Positions 1 through 9,351 are shown, counted from the stretch's first letter. The stretch: 64,000 nt of DNA from Methanobacteriota archaeon (GCA_020697715.1 JAEHCO010000006.1:1-64000); one strand, 5' to 3'. Notes: generated from the sequence alone by a model not told the origin. Numbers and translations: made by a program.

Positions 1-120
1 GCCGCGGGCCGGCCGTGTCGGTGCCTTCGTCGAAGTGACGGGCGTAAATGGTGTCGTTCGCTAACGCGCCGCTGGTGAATAGGTTGTACTGGCTCCAGGC
101 GGCCACGAAGTCGCCAAGCA

Positions 121-1677
121 GAAGATGAATATACCAATTATTGGGACAATGGCTACCCAGATGGTGGCAATTACTGGTCGGACTATGATGGGGTGGATAG
201 TTATACCGGGATCAACCAGAACATTCTCGGATCGGATGGTGTAGGAGATACACCGTACACGAAGATAATAGGCGGTGCTGGAGCCCATGATGATTATCCT
301 TTGATGGATCCTTGGGGCGGCATATTGCCAGAGACTGTCTATGACACCATACTGCCAATTGCAGATGCGGGACAGAACCAGACAGTTTATGAAGATACCG
401 TAGTGTCATTCAATGGAACTGGTTCTTCAGATGATATTGGAGTGGTCAATTACACATGGGAATTCTATGATGGATCGAGCAATATAACGCTTTATGGACC
501 TTCACCATCCCACAACTTCACAGTTGCGGGGAATTACACTGTGAGCTTGACCGTCATTGATTCTGGCGGCAATATGGGGCAGGATACGCTAATGATCAAT
601 ATTGAGGAAAGACCACTTGATACGGATGGTGACGGCATACCGGATGAGGAAGATGCGGATGATGACAATGATGGAGTGCTGGATGATGATGACGCCTTCC
701 CAGTAGACCCAGATGAAGATACGGACACCGACGGAGACGGTATTGGTAATAACGCAGATACCGATGATGATGGCGATGGAGTCGCGGATGTGGATGACGC
801 CTTCCCAATTGATCCGGATGAAAATACGGACACCGACGGAGACGGTATCGGGGACAATGCAGACGTTGATGATGATAATGATGGAGTCGTAGACATTGAT
901 GACGCCTTCCCAACTGATCCGGATGAAAATACGGACACAGATGGCGACGGTATCGGCAATAACGCCGATACCGACGATGACGAGGATGGATTCCCAGATG
1001 CGTGGGAGGAAGAACTAGGCACAGATCCATTGGATTCAAGCGATGAGCCAATAGACACGGATGGAGATGGCGCACCGGATGGAGATAAAAGTAATTCCGA
1101 ATCATGGATGGATCCTGATGATGATAACGATAGTGTGATCGACACCGATGACGATTTCCCAACTGATCCTACTGAAACCACTGATACAGATGGGGACGGC
1201 ACAGGGAATAATGCGGATACGGACGATGACGATGATGGATTCCTGGATGTGTGGGAGGAGTTCCTGGACACGGATCCTGCGGATGAAAATGATACGCCAT
1301 TGGATACGGATGATGACGGTATCCCGGATGGAGATGGTACCAATTCAAAATCCTGGATGGATACCGATGATGATGGAGATGATGTATCTGATGAAGATGA
1401 TCTTGATCCATTGGATCCAGATGTGGGAGATGTCAATGAAGACGATGATATTGATGATAATGGTGGAACTGGAAATTATCTGTGGATAATCATCTTGATC
1501 ATCATCGTGGTGGTTATAACCATAGTGATCATGGCATGGTGGATGAAAGGAAAAACTCCTCCTGAGCAAGAGATATACGAACCCGCACAATCAGACATCG
1601 TTGAAGAAGGAGAATATCCATCAGATATTGATGGTGGTGTTCCGCCTCTGCCTCCGCCTCCACCTCCTACGGAATGA
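121..1677 (+). CDS. 5'-partial cell-surface protein: NosD-type C-terminal motif, PKD domain, thrombospondin type-3-like Ca-binding repeats, C-terminal TM helix and Pro-rich tail
   Basis: The ORF-track frame (193..1677) stays open upstream and reads EDEYTNYWDNGYPDGGNYWSDY from 121. It has a PKD signature (ADAG..FNGTGSSDD..YTWEF), many DTDGDGxGNNADxDDDxDG repeats and hydrophobic WIIILIIIVVVITIVIMAW. Confidence 0.85.
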   Translation, partial: EDEYTNYWDNGYPDGGNYWSDYDGVDSYTGINQNILGSDGVGDTPYTKIIGGAGAHDDYPLMDPWGGILPETVYDTILPIADAGQNQTVYEDTVVSFNGTGSSDDIGVVNYTWEFYDGSSNITLYGPSPSHNFTVAGNYTVSLTVIDSGGNMGQDTLMINIEERPLDTDGDGIPDEEDADDDNDGVLDDDDAFPVDPDEDTDTDGDGIGNNADTDDDGDGVADVDDAFPIDPDENTDTDGDGIGDNADVDDDNDGVVDIDDAFPTDPDENTDTDGDGIGNNADTDDDEDGFPDAWEEELGTDPLDSSDEPIDTDGDGAPDGDKSNSESWMDPDDDNDSVIDTDDDFPTDPTETTDTDGDGTGNNADTDDDDDGFLDVWEEFLDTDPADENDTPLDTDDDGIPDGDGTNSKSWMDTDDDGDDVSDEDDLDPLDPDVGDVNEDDDIDDNGGTGNYLWIIILIIIVVVITIVIMAWWMKGKTPPEQEIYEPAQSDIVEEGEYPSDIDGGVPPLPPPPPPTE

Positions 1678-1710
1678 GATGTGACTTATCCAGTGCTCGT
1701 TCGATATCGA

Positions 1711-3120
1711 TCACTTACTATCTTTTGCTGTTTCCCCAGTCCAGCAGTACAGGCACAATTGATCCCTAGGTAGACCGATGGCCTCTATCATATCATCCAC
1801 GATCTGGAACCTCAAGGTCGTCACATCGATATCCTTTCGGATCCACTCCAACATCTTTTGATATTTTTCCGTTGTGTGATCCACATATTCGGAGACATCC
1901 TCAATATCCTCTCCCTCTATATCGAATATCGCCTTCCTGGCAGATAGTTCATGAATACTTCTTGTTGAAAGATTGAATTTGCATGGGAACATCAAAGGCG
2001 GGCAGGCAGGTCGAACATGGATCTCCTTGGCCCCTCTGTCCCACAATTTCTTCACAGTGAAGTTCTTCAGCTGGGTACCCCTGACGATGGAATCCTCGCA
2101 GACGAGTATGCTATTGCCTTTTATGATCTCTTTTACAGGCACGAGCTTCATCTTGGCGATCAGATCCCTGGTTGTCTGAGCCGGAGGAGTATAGCTCCTG
2201 CCATACCCTGGCGTGTATTTGACCAATGGCCTCCTATAGGGTTTTCCGGATTCATTTGCATATCCTATAGCATGGGCGATCCCAGAATCTGGAATTCCCG
2301 CGACAAGGTCGATATCGATATCCTTGTCCCGTCTTGCTAAGGCTGCGCCACATTTTTCCCTGACGACCTCGGCATTGATCAATTCATAGTTCGAGGCTGG
2401 AAATCCCGTGTATATCCACAAGAACGTGCATGTCTGAGCCTGGTTTTTCCCTTCCTTCTGGACATGGATGCCATCCTCATTGATCATGGTGATCTCACCT
2501 GGGGACAGATGTTTGACGACAGTGAACTCGATATTTGAAAAGGCCGCGGTCTCAGACGTGACAGCCCATTCATCGCCCTTCTGGCCTATGATAAGAGGCC
2601 AGTGTCCGTTCTTACCTCTGGCACAATATATGCCATCCTTATGAAGTAGCAAAAGAGAGCATGAACCTTCAATGGCTTCGAACATCCTTTCCATGCCGTC
2701 GATAAGGTCTTCTCCCTGAGTTATCATCTTGGCCACAAGTTCTGTCGGATTGGTCGTATGAGTTCCCATCTCACTGAAGCATATGCCCTTCTTCATAAGC
2801 ATATCCGAGAGCTCTTCGACATTCTCTATGAGACCATTGGTCACGATGCAAAAGGGGCCGAACTTGGAATTGATATAGATGGGCTGCTCCTCAAAGGCAC
2901 TGATAACACCAATGCCCTTATTGCCCTTCATCTCTGTCAAACTATCAAAGAACTTGGATTTGAATTGGCTCTGGCTTATGTCCCGGATCTGACGATCGAT
3001 CTCATCACCATAAACAGCCATCCCGCCATATTGGGTTCCAAGATGGGTGTGGTAGTCCGTTCCATACAATAACATCTCCGCACAATCGCCTTTCGTAACA
3101 ATTCCAAAAATTCCACTCAT
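1711..3120 (-). CDS. purF: Amidophosphoribosyltransferase-like paralogue lacking the N-terminal catalytic Cys
   Basis: Likely start ATG 3120 (MSGIFG) after GGAGG. Has GIPDSG, PRPP loop EDSIVRGT, and Fe-S Cys motifs CTF, CPP..FPC, CLYC. Confidence 0.8.
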   Translation of the reverse strand: MSGIFGIVTKGDCAEMLLYGTDYHTHLGTQYGGMAVYGDEIDRQIRDISQSQFKSKFFDSLTEMKGNKGIGVISAFEEQPIYINSKFGPFCIVTNGLIENVEELSDMLMKKGICFSEMGTHTTNPTELVAKMITQGEDLIDGMERMFEAIEGSCSLLLLHKDGIYCARGKNGHWPLIIGQKGDEWAVTSETAAFSNIEFTVVKHLSPGEITMINEDGIHVQKEGKNQAQTCTFLWIYTGFPASNYELINAEVVREKCGAALARRDKDIDIDLVAGIPDSGIAHAIGYANESGKPYRRPLVKYTPGYGRSYTPPAQTTRDLIAKMKLVPVKEIIKGNSILVCEDSIVRGTQLKNFTVKKLWDRGAKEIHVRPACPPLMFPCKFNLSTRSIHELSARKAIFDIEGEDIEDVSEYVDHTTEKYQKMLEWIRKDIDVTTLRFQIVDDMIEAIGLPRDQLCLYCWTGETAKDSK

Positions 3121-3183
3121 ATAAGAGCCTCCACTGACCTTGATAAGTAAATTGATATTTAGTATTATTGAATCCATTAATCC

Positions 3184-3306
3184 TCAATCGAACAAATCCA
3201 GGATATGCTCACCAATTTCCACTATCAGTCAAACATATCCTGGATGTGTTTAACTGTTTTTCATCTCAGTCAAACATATCAAGTGTATGCTGATCTCTTT
3301 CTCGTT
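3184..3306. repeat. Three degenerate 41-bp tandem units, the last being the 3' end of purF
   Basis: Units start at 3184 (tcaatcgaacaaatccagg), 3225 (tcagtcaaacatatcctgg) and 3266 (tcagtcaaacatatcaagt). Confidence 0.8.
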
Positions 3307-4720
3307 CTCCAGTAATTGGAAGTGGATATTCCGAGGTCACACATCCCAGACAGAGATTCTCTTGCTCTATCTGAAGTGCCTCGACCATTCCATCAATGGA
3401 AATATAACCAAGACTGTCCGCTCCTATGGCTTTTCCAATATCCTTGACCTCTTTATGATTCGCAATGAACTGATCCCTGGTGGTCATATCGATGCCCAGG
3501 TAACAAGGAGCTATGATCGGGGGTGAGCCAATTCTAACATGCACCTCTACAGCTCCGGCATTCCGAAGTATCTGGACTATGGTCTTCATCGTCGTGCCCC
3601 TGACAATGGAATCATCCACCAGGACCACACGGCGACCTTCCACCACGGCCTTCACAGGATTCAATTTATCCTTGATACTGACATCTCTTAGAAACTGGCT
3701 TGGCATGATGAACGTTCTCTGAACATAACGATTCTTCATTATCCCTTCACTGAGCTTGATACCAGAACCCATTGAGAAGCCATATGCATGACCTCTGCCG
3801 GAATCCGGGATCGCGATGACAACATCCGCATCGACAGGATGTTCCTTGGCAAGCCTCCAGCCTATCCTCTTTCGAGCATGATAAACACTTAATCTATCAA
3901 TTATGGAATCCGCCCTGGCAAAATACACCCATTCGAAAAAGCAGTGGGCACGCCTCTTGCTATTGGCGATCTTGAAGCTCTCTACCTTGTCATGGAAAAG
4001 CTCTATGGCCTCACCGGGCTGGATATCCCTTATCAATTTGGCTCCGATAACATCAAGTGCGCCAGTCTCGGATGCGACAATATATCCTCCATCGAACTGC
4101 CCGAGGCACAGTGGCTTGAGGCCAAGAGGGTCGCGCATAGCGAACACCCTGCCATTAAGCATGAGTGTGAAAGAATAAGAGCCAATGAGTTTTTTGGCCA
4201 CGACCTGGAGAGCTTTTTCAATATCATTGTTCTTTTTCATTTCGTCATTGAGGATCAGGGCAAAGGCCTCCTCCTCGCTTGACTTGGTGAACATATAGCC
4301 CTGAGATTTCATCTCCTTGACAAGCTCGGGAGCATTGACGATAATACCATTATGAGCGATGGCGATGTCCCCGACCTCGGCCTTGAGCGTGAAAGGCTGA
4401 GCGTTCTCTGGCTGGGATACTTTAATGGAATAATAAGTGTGGCCAATGCCCATATTGCCCTTTAGTCTTTTAAGATCTGCTTCGGAGAATACCTGATCGA
4501 CAAGGCCAATGCCTTTCTTCATCTTCTGCCTTTTATCAAAAGTGACCATGCCCGAGGCTTCTTGTCCTCTGTGCTGTAAAGCTCTCAATGCATAATACAT
4601 ATGAGATGTGAGGTCGCCCTTGCACGCAATGGCAACTACTCCGCATTTCTCCTTTGGCTTATCATCATTAAAATAAGGGTCATCATCACTGAATTCTTCA
4701 TAAGATCCAGTCGGCAACAT
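3266..4720 (-). CDS. purF: Amidophosphoribosyltransferase (canonical, with propeptide)
   Basis: KPKEKCG propeptide/Cys1, LQHRGQE, HNG, PDSG, VDDSIVRGTT, CLGC. Start moved to ATG 4720 because the longer ORF overlaps rpl37e. Confidence 0.95.
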   Translation of the reverse strand: MLPTGSYEEFSDDDPYFNDDKPKEKCGVVAIACKGDLTSHMYYALRALQHRGQEASGMVTFDKRQKMKKGIGLVDQVFSEADLKRLKGNMGIGHTYYSIKVSQPENAQPFTLKAEVGDIAIAHNGIIVNAPELVKEMKSQGYMFTKSSEEEAFALILNDEMKKNNDIEKALQVVAKKLIGSYSFTLMLNGRVFAMRDPLGLKPLCLGQFDGGYIVASETGALDVIGAKLIRDIQPGEAIELFHDKVESFKIANSKRRAHCFFEWVYFARADSIIDRLSVYHARKRIGWRLAKEHPVDADVVIAIPDSGRGHAYGFSMGSGIKLSEGIMKNRYVQRTFIMPSQFLRDVSIKDKLNPVKAVVEGRRVVLVDDSIVRGTTMKTIVQILRNAGAVEVHVRIGSPPIIAPCYLGIDMTTRDQFIANHKEVKDIGKAIGADSLGYISIDGMVEALQIEQENLCLGCVTSEYPLPITGERERDQHTLDMFD

Positions 4721-4724
4721 GTGC

Positions 4725-4892
4725 CTAATGCTCCTTGGCCCAAGCATAACTTCTAAGTTTAGCACTGGCTCCGAAGCCGCATGATGCGCATCTCTTCTTT
4801 CTAACATGATATGCATGCTTACCGCATCTTCGACATACAATGTGCGTTTTCTTGGAGCTGTGTTTACCCCTTGACGGTGTACCTTTCGACAT
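4725..4892 (-). CDS. rpl37e: 50S ribosomal protein L37e (55 aa, absent from the ORF track)
   Basis: Manual translation [55 protein letters not shown], directly downstream of lsm. Confidence 0.97.
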   Translation of the reverse strand: MSKGTPSRGKHSSKKTHIVCRRCGKHAYHVRKKRCASCGFGASAKLRSYAWAKEH

Positions 4893-4927
4893 GTTCACCA
4901 ACCTTCCTTAATTTTATTAAACTTTAT

Positions 4928-5143
4928 TCAAGGTGAGATATATATGACGTTGTCACCCCTAACGATCGCAAGATCATGCTTACGGATGATCTTACCTTCA
5001 TCCAGTTCCTCCGCACTGCGAAGCACTAGGTTCAGATGAGGATCAAAGCCGTCCAGAGTTCCTCTGTATGACTTACCTCCGCGCAATTCGACCATTACAG
5101 GCTTGTTCAGATACTTGCCCAGTATTGAGAGTGGCTTACTCAT
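4928..5143 (-). CDS. lsm: Sm/Lsm-family RNA-binding protein
   Basis: Sm1 (GTLDGFDPHLNLVL) and Sm2 (IVRGDNVIYISP). Likely start ATG 5143. lsm-rpl37e linkage is common in archaea. Confidence 0.95.
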   Translation of the reverse strand: MSKPLSILGKYLNKPVMVELRGGKSYRGTLDGFDPHLNLVLRSAEELDEGKIIRKHDLAIVRGDNVIYISP

Positions 5144-5309
5144 AGATTCACCATTTCTGAGTCCGATATCGGATACAATACTTAAAGGTTTCACCCTATT
5201 AATGGTTTAGATAGGGGTTATGTGTGGAGCGTGGTGTTTTAATTTTTTGTTAAGGTTGTCGGCTGTTTGAAGCAGCCGAAGTGGCTGAGTGCGTGGATGT
5301 TAATATATT

Positions 5310-6233
5310 TTATTTATCATTCACATATTCAGCCAGTGCCTTCTTGGTCGAATGCCATACCCTTCCTATCTTGACAGCGTCCAGTTTTCCCTGCCTTGCT
5401 CTGAGGCTTAGGTAATCCTGAGAATATGGAGAGTCTTTGGCCAGTTCTTTCAATGGTATTAGCTCATCCTCACCCCCGAATATTGATAGGTAGATGGTCA
5501 GTGATTCGATCACAGCCTTAGCAATCATACTAGTGAAAGGCTTAAGATTACCCATATCTGCCTTTCTTAAGAAATCATAATATCTCATTCGATCCTCCTT
5601 ATTTAGGACTATTGGAGGATATCCTTTTTTCATGAGATACAGATTTGTCAACAGCCTAGCGACTCTACCATTACCATCTGAGAATGGATGGATCTCAACG
5701 AATCGATGGTGTAAGTAGGCGGCTATAATCACATCATGGTTTTTCATTTTTTTGACTTTATCCAACATCCCGCCCATAAGGATTGGAACCTCTGAAAAAT
5801 CGGGCGGATTCTTAACAGCCCCAGTTATCATAACGTTAGTAGTTCTGTAAATCCCGTGATCTTTCAGAATACCCCATGTGACCAGATCATGAAGTGTCAA
5901 AACACCGGCATGAGTTATTGGTATTGGATTCTTGGCCATATCCTCCAGAAGATCGAATGCCTTGCCATTACCAGACACCTCTAAATGTTCCAAGATAGAT
6001 TTACCGCCTATGGTCATTCCTTCCTCAAGCACGAGCTTGGTTTCCTGAAGCGAGAGAGTATTTCCCTCTATCGCATTAGAATTGTATGTATGTATGATCC
6101 GCATATCATTCTGAAGCCTCTTCAAGGCATCTGCTGGTAGTGGCCTTCTGGAATCGAGTAATTTCTTTTTCTCATCCAACCGTTTAATTAGATTTTCATC
6201 CATGAACGTATCGGTATCGGTAATTTTCATCAT
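5310..6233 (-). CDS. Fic-family protein with C-terminal HTH-like DNA-binding domain
   Basis: Fic motif HPFSDGNGRVAR, N-terminal SNAIEGN motif, C-terminal YSQDYLSLRARQGKLDAVKIGRVW. Confidence 0.92.
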   Translation of the reverse strand: MMKITDTDTFMDENLIKRLDEKKKLLDSRRPLPADALKRLQNDMRIIHTYNSNAIEGNTLSLQETKLVLEEGMTIGGKSILEHLEVSGNGKAFDLLEDMAKNPIPITHAGVLTLHDLVTWGILKDHGIYRTTNVMITGAVKNPPDFSEVPILMGGMLDKVKKMKNHDVIIAAYLHHRFVEIHPFSDGNGRVARLLTNLYLMKKGYPPIVLNKEDRMRYYDFLRKADMGNLKPFTSMIAKAVIESLTIYLSIFGGEDELIPLKELAKDSPYSQDYLSLRARQGKLDAVKIGRVWHSTKKALAEYVNDK

Positions 6234-6330
6234 TAGCCGATATGAGAGTCATGATATATATTGGTATCGGTATCGACTATTTCTGATAGTTGCCGATACG
6301 TGATGATGTCGCGAAAGAGAGTGAGAAATA

Positions 6331-6560
6331 GGCCAGGTGAAAGTAGTGGAGTAATCTTCACTGGTACGATGAATGTAGGCGATAACTCTACTCTATCCTC
6401 CATGCACATTACTGAGATCCCTTCACTGAGATATTGAATGAAAACGGGGGGCCAGGTCAAGGTAGTGAAGTAATCTTTACTGGTACGATGAATGTAGGCG
6501 ATAACTCTACTACCTCCACCTTTTGCAGAGATGTAGTAAAGAGCCAGGTGGAGGTAGTAA
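6331..6560. repeat. Direct repeats downstream of rnpB that echo its 3' end
   Basis: ~62-bp near-identical units at 6331-6392 and 6450-6511. Both begin with gccaggt..gtagt, matching the rnpB terminus at 6543-6558. Confidence 0.85.
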
Positions 6561-6865
6561 GCCCCATTCTGTTTCTAAGCAGCATTCAACTATGCGTCCT
6601 ACCTAATTTGGACTTGCACCGAATGGGAGTCGCCGTTTCATCATTTCCGAACCTTCGTAGCTCAGGGTCAACACCCATCATCGCTCCAGCCCGGCTGTGT
6701 CGTTTCTGCGCCCTTGCCATGCCTCTAAGCATACCGGCTTGAACCGGTCATTCATGTTTCACCCAAGAACACCGAAATGTCTCGGGTGGGAGTGGGGACT
6801 TTCCTCGGTTGGCTTCAGCAAGCGAACTTGCTTCAGCCCCCGTTAGCCGCTCACCTTCTCCTGGC
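6543..6865 (-). ncRNA. rnpB: RNase P RNA
   Basis: Minus strand has GAGGAAAGUCC, GCAGAAAC, UGAAAC, GGUGCAAG and ACAGAAUGGGGCUUAC. Termini GCCAGGAGAAGGU / ACCUCCACCUGGC pair as P1. Confidence 0.95.
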
Positions 6866-6981
6866 ATATGACCAATGAGCATGGGGATATAAAAAACCAA
6901 CGCACGTTTTAGAAATAAGGGCTTGGGGATATTTTAATAAAGAGAAGCTATTTCTGGGTTTGATATAAAGGAATGATTATT

Positions 6982-7368
6982 ATGTCATGGCAACAAGCTG
7001 AAGTAAGGACTCTGAAAGTAGGTAGATACGTCATAATAGACGACGTGCCCTGTAAGATCACAGCTTACAGCGCATCCAAGCCAGGCAAGCACGGTGAGGC
7101 TAAGGCCAGGGTGGAAGGCGTGGATATTTTTTCAGGACAGAAGAAGAGCTTCGTGAGTCCAGTTACTCATAAGATCAAAGTACCGATGATCGACAAGAGG
7201 GGCGCACAGATAATTGCGAAACAGGGCGAGGAAGTTCAGTTGATGGACCTCGAATCCTATGAGATGTTCAATGTTCCGATCCCAGAGGAATATGCGGATT
7301 CACTGGAACCAGGAAAGGAAGTCCAGTACCTCATAGCGATGGATAGGAAAAAGATCACCAAAGTGTGA
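6982..7368 (+). CDS. eif5a: Translation factor aIF5A/eIF5A
   Basis: Hypusine loop SKPGKHGEAK. Confidence 0.97.
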   Translation: MSWQQAEVRTLKVGRYVIIDDVPCKITAYSASKPGKHGEAKARVEGVDIFSGQKKSFVSPVTHKIKVPMIDKRGAQIIAKQGEEVQLMDLESYEMFNVPIPEEYADSLEPGKEVQYLIAMDRKKITKV

Positions 7369-8204
7369 ACATGAAATTCGCGGATGCTGATTCTGATTTT
7401 GATAGTGCTGAATTTATAATCTTTGGCGCTCCGATAGACATATCTGGCAGCCATAGGCCTGGATGTGGTCTGGCTCCGGATGCTATTCGTAAAGAATCTT
7501 TTAATTTCGAGACCTACCTTTATGATCTTGAAGTGGAGCTCATACAGGTCAGCATATACGATAAGGGAAATTTTGATTCTCCTTCCGAAATAGAGAAGGT
7601 CAGCCGCGAGATAACTTCTGCTGGCAAGTTCCCACTGGCCATGGGTGGCGAACATTCTATCTCGCCTCACATAATTTCCGGATTCGACAAAGAAGATCTA
7701 TCTGTTCTGGTCTTAGACGCACACCTGGATTTCCGTGATTCCTATGAAGAGGATAAGAACAGCCATGCCTGCGCGACCAGACGCATATCGGAGATCGTGG
7801 GTGTGGAGAATGTCGTTCCTATCGGAATTCGTTCCATCTGCTCCGAGGAGCTGGAGGATGCGAGAAAAGCCGGTTTGACCTATCTCACAGCCGATGCTTT
7901 CCGTGAGAATGAGCTATCTGTTCTCCTTACCTATCTGGACGGCCTATTATCAGATAAGATCTACATATCACTGGACATGGATGCCATCGATCCATCTCAT
8001 GCCCCGGGAGTTGGCACACCCGAACCCTTTGGACTCACGCCCCTGATGGTCAGGGACATCGTACGCCATTTCGCAGACAGGATAGTGGGGTTCGACGTGG
8101 TCGAGGTATGCCCGCCAGTTGACAATGGCAATACGTCCGCACTGGCTGCCAAGCTGATGAGGGATGTTATCGGCGTGGTCTCGAAGGCCAAAGACACGGA
8201 TTAG
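7365..8204 (+). CDS. speB: Agmatinase
   Basis: GGEHS, DAHLD, SLDMDAIDP, APGVGTPEP ureohydrolase motifs; overlaps the eIF5A stop. Confidence 0.93.
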   Translation: MNMKFADADSDFDSAEFIIFGAPIDISGSHRPGCGLAPDAIRKESFNFETYLYDLEVELIQVSIYDKGNFDSPSEIEKVSREITSAGKFPLAMGGEHSISPHIISGFDKEDLSVLVLDAHLDFRDSYEEDKNSHACATRRISEIVGVENVVPIGIRSICSEELEDARKAGLTYLTADAFRENELSVLLTYLDGLLSDKIYISLDMDAIDPSHAPGVGTPEPFGLTPLMVRDIVRHFADRIVGFDVVEVCPPVDNGNTSALAAKLMRDVIGVVSKAKDTD

Positions 8205-8283
8205 TCTCTACCAATGTTTTATATATAGGTATAGTGTATAATATTCATATACAGATTGCAAGCCGATCTAAGGACGGAATCAT

Positions 8284-9333
8284 ATGAGAATTATGTTTGA
8301 TATGGGACATCCTGCACATGTGCACCTCTTTAAGAACACCATAAGAGGATTGGAGGAGCAAGGCCATACAGTCAAGGTCACGGCCAGGGACAAGGATGTG
8401 ACATTACAACTTCTAAACGAAATGGGCATAGAGCATGAGATCAGAGGAGTTCTCAAGCCCAAACTCATATCCAAAGCAACGGACATGATGAAGGTGAATT
8501 TGAAGGTCATGAGGATCGCCAAGGACTTCAAGCCAGATCTTATGATGGGGGTGCACAATCCATACATCGCCCAGGTATCCAAAATGCTGGGTATTCCATC
8601 TATAATATTTACAGACAGTGAGCCAGTTCCTATTGCGGATTTCCTAACCTTCCCATTCACCAAAGTGATAGTGACGACCACGACCTACAGGAAGGAGCTG
8701 GGAAAGAAGCAGATGAAGGTCAATAGCTTCAAGGAATTGGCATATCTTCATCCAGATCGTTTTTCTCCAGACCCAACTGTCCTGGATTCATTGGGACTGA
8801 AACCTGGCGAAAGATTCGTCATATTGCGGCTAATTTCCTGGGAAGCCAGCCATGACATGACAGAAGGTGGGTTCACTCCGAAGGACAAAGAAGATCTTGT
8901 TAATTCTCTCAAGGACAAGTTCAAGATATTCATATCCTCGGAAAGGGAACTGCCGGATTCGATGAAAAAATACAAGCTGGATCTGCCGGCCAATAAATTC
9001 CATGATCTACTGAATTATGCAACTTTACTAATCACGGACGGCCAGACCGTTACCACTGAAGCAGCTTGCTTGGGAGTGCCAGCCATCAGATGCAATTCAT
9101 TTGTCGGTGATGATGACATGGGCAATTTCATAGAATTGGAGAATAAATACGATCTGATATATTCTGTAAGAGAGCCTGCCCGGATCATGGAGATCGCTTC
9201 GGAGCTTCTGGCAAGACCAGACCTTGAAGAAGAATGGCAAGTGAAGAAAGATAAGATGCTGGCGGATAAAATTCCCCTTACAGATTATTTCTTGAAATTG
9301 ATAATCGATGGACCAGATAGTTTGAAAAAATAA
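8284..9333 (+). CDS. DUF354-like GT-B fold protein
   Basis: MFDMGHPAHVHLFK start, KELAYLHP, TTEAACLGVPAI. Confidence 0.85.
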   Translation: MRIMFDMGHPAHVHLFKNTIRGLEEQGHTVKVTARDKDVTLQLLNEMGIEHEIRGVLKPKLISKATDMMKVNLKVMRIAKDFKPDLMMGVHNPYIAQVSKMLGIPSIIFTDSEPVPIADFLTFPFTKVIVTTTTYRKELGKKQMKVNSFKELAYLHPDRFSPDPTVLDSLGLKPGERFVILRLISWEASHDMTEGGFTPKDKEDLVNSLKDKFKIFISSERELPDSMKKYKLDLPANKFHDLLNYATLLITDGQTVTTEAACLGVPAIRCNSFVGDDDMGNFIELENKYDLIYSVREPARIMEIASELLARPDLEEEWQVKKDKMLADKIPLTDYFLKLIIDGPDSLKK

Positions 9334-9351
9334 TGATATTTCGGCAGGTAA

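Noticed and set aside
534-1436. 300-aa Ser-rich ORF on the minus strand
   Set aside because: Antisense shadow of the Asp-rich repeats of the surface protein
4721-4840. N-terminal extension of purF in the ORF track
   Set aside because: Overlaps rpl37e in another frame; ATG 4720 is the sensible start
5310-6540. Integrated mobile element at rnpB
   Set aside because: No integrase or transposase and no matching att copy on the far side of Fic; kept only as a possible scar
6233-6742. ORFs 6233..6460 (-) and 6434..6742 (+)
   Set aside because: They run through the repeats and the RNase P RNA and have no protein features
6973-8204. eIF5A-agmatinase coupling as a novelty
   Set aside because: Linkage of aIF5A with agmatinase-family genes is already known in archaea
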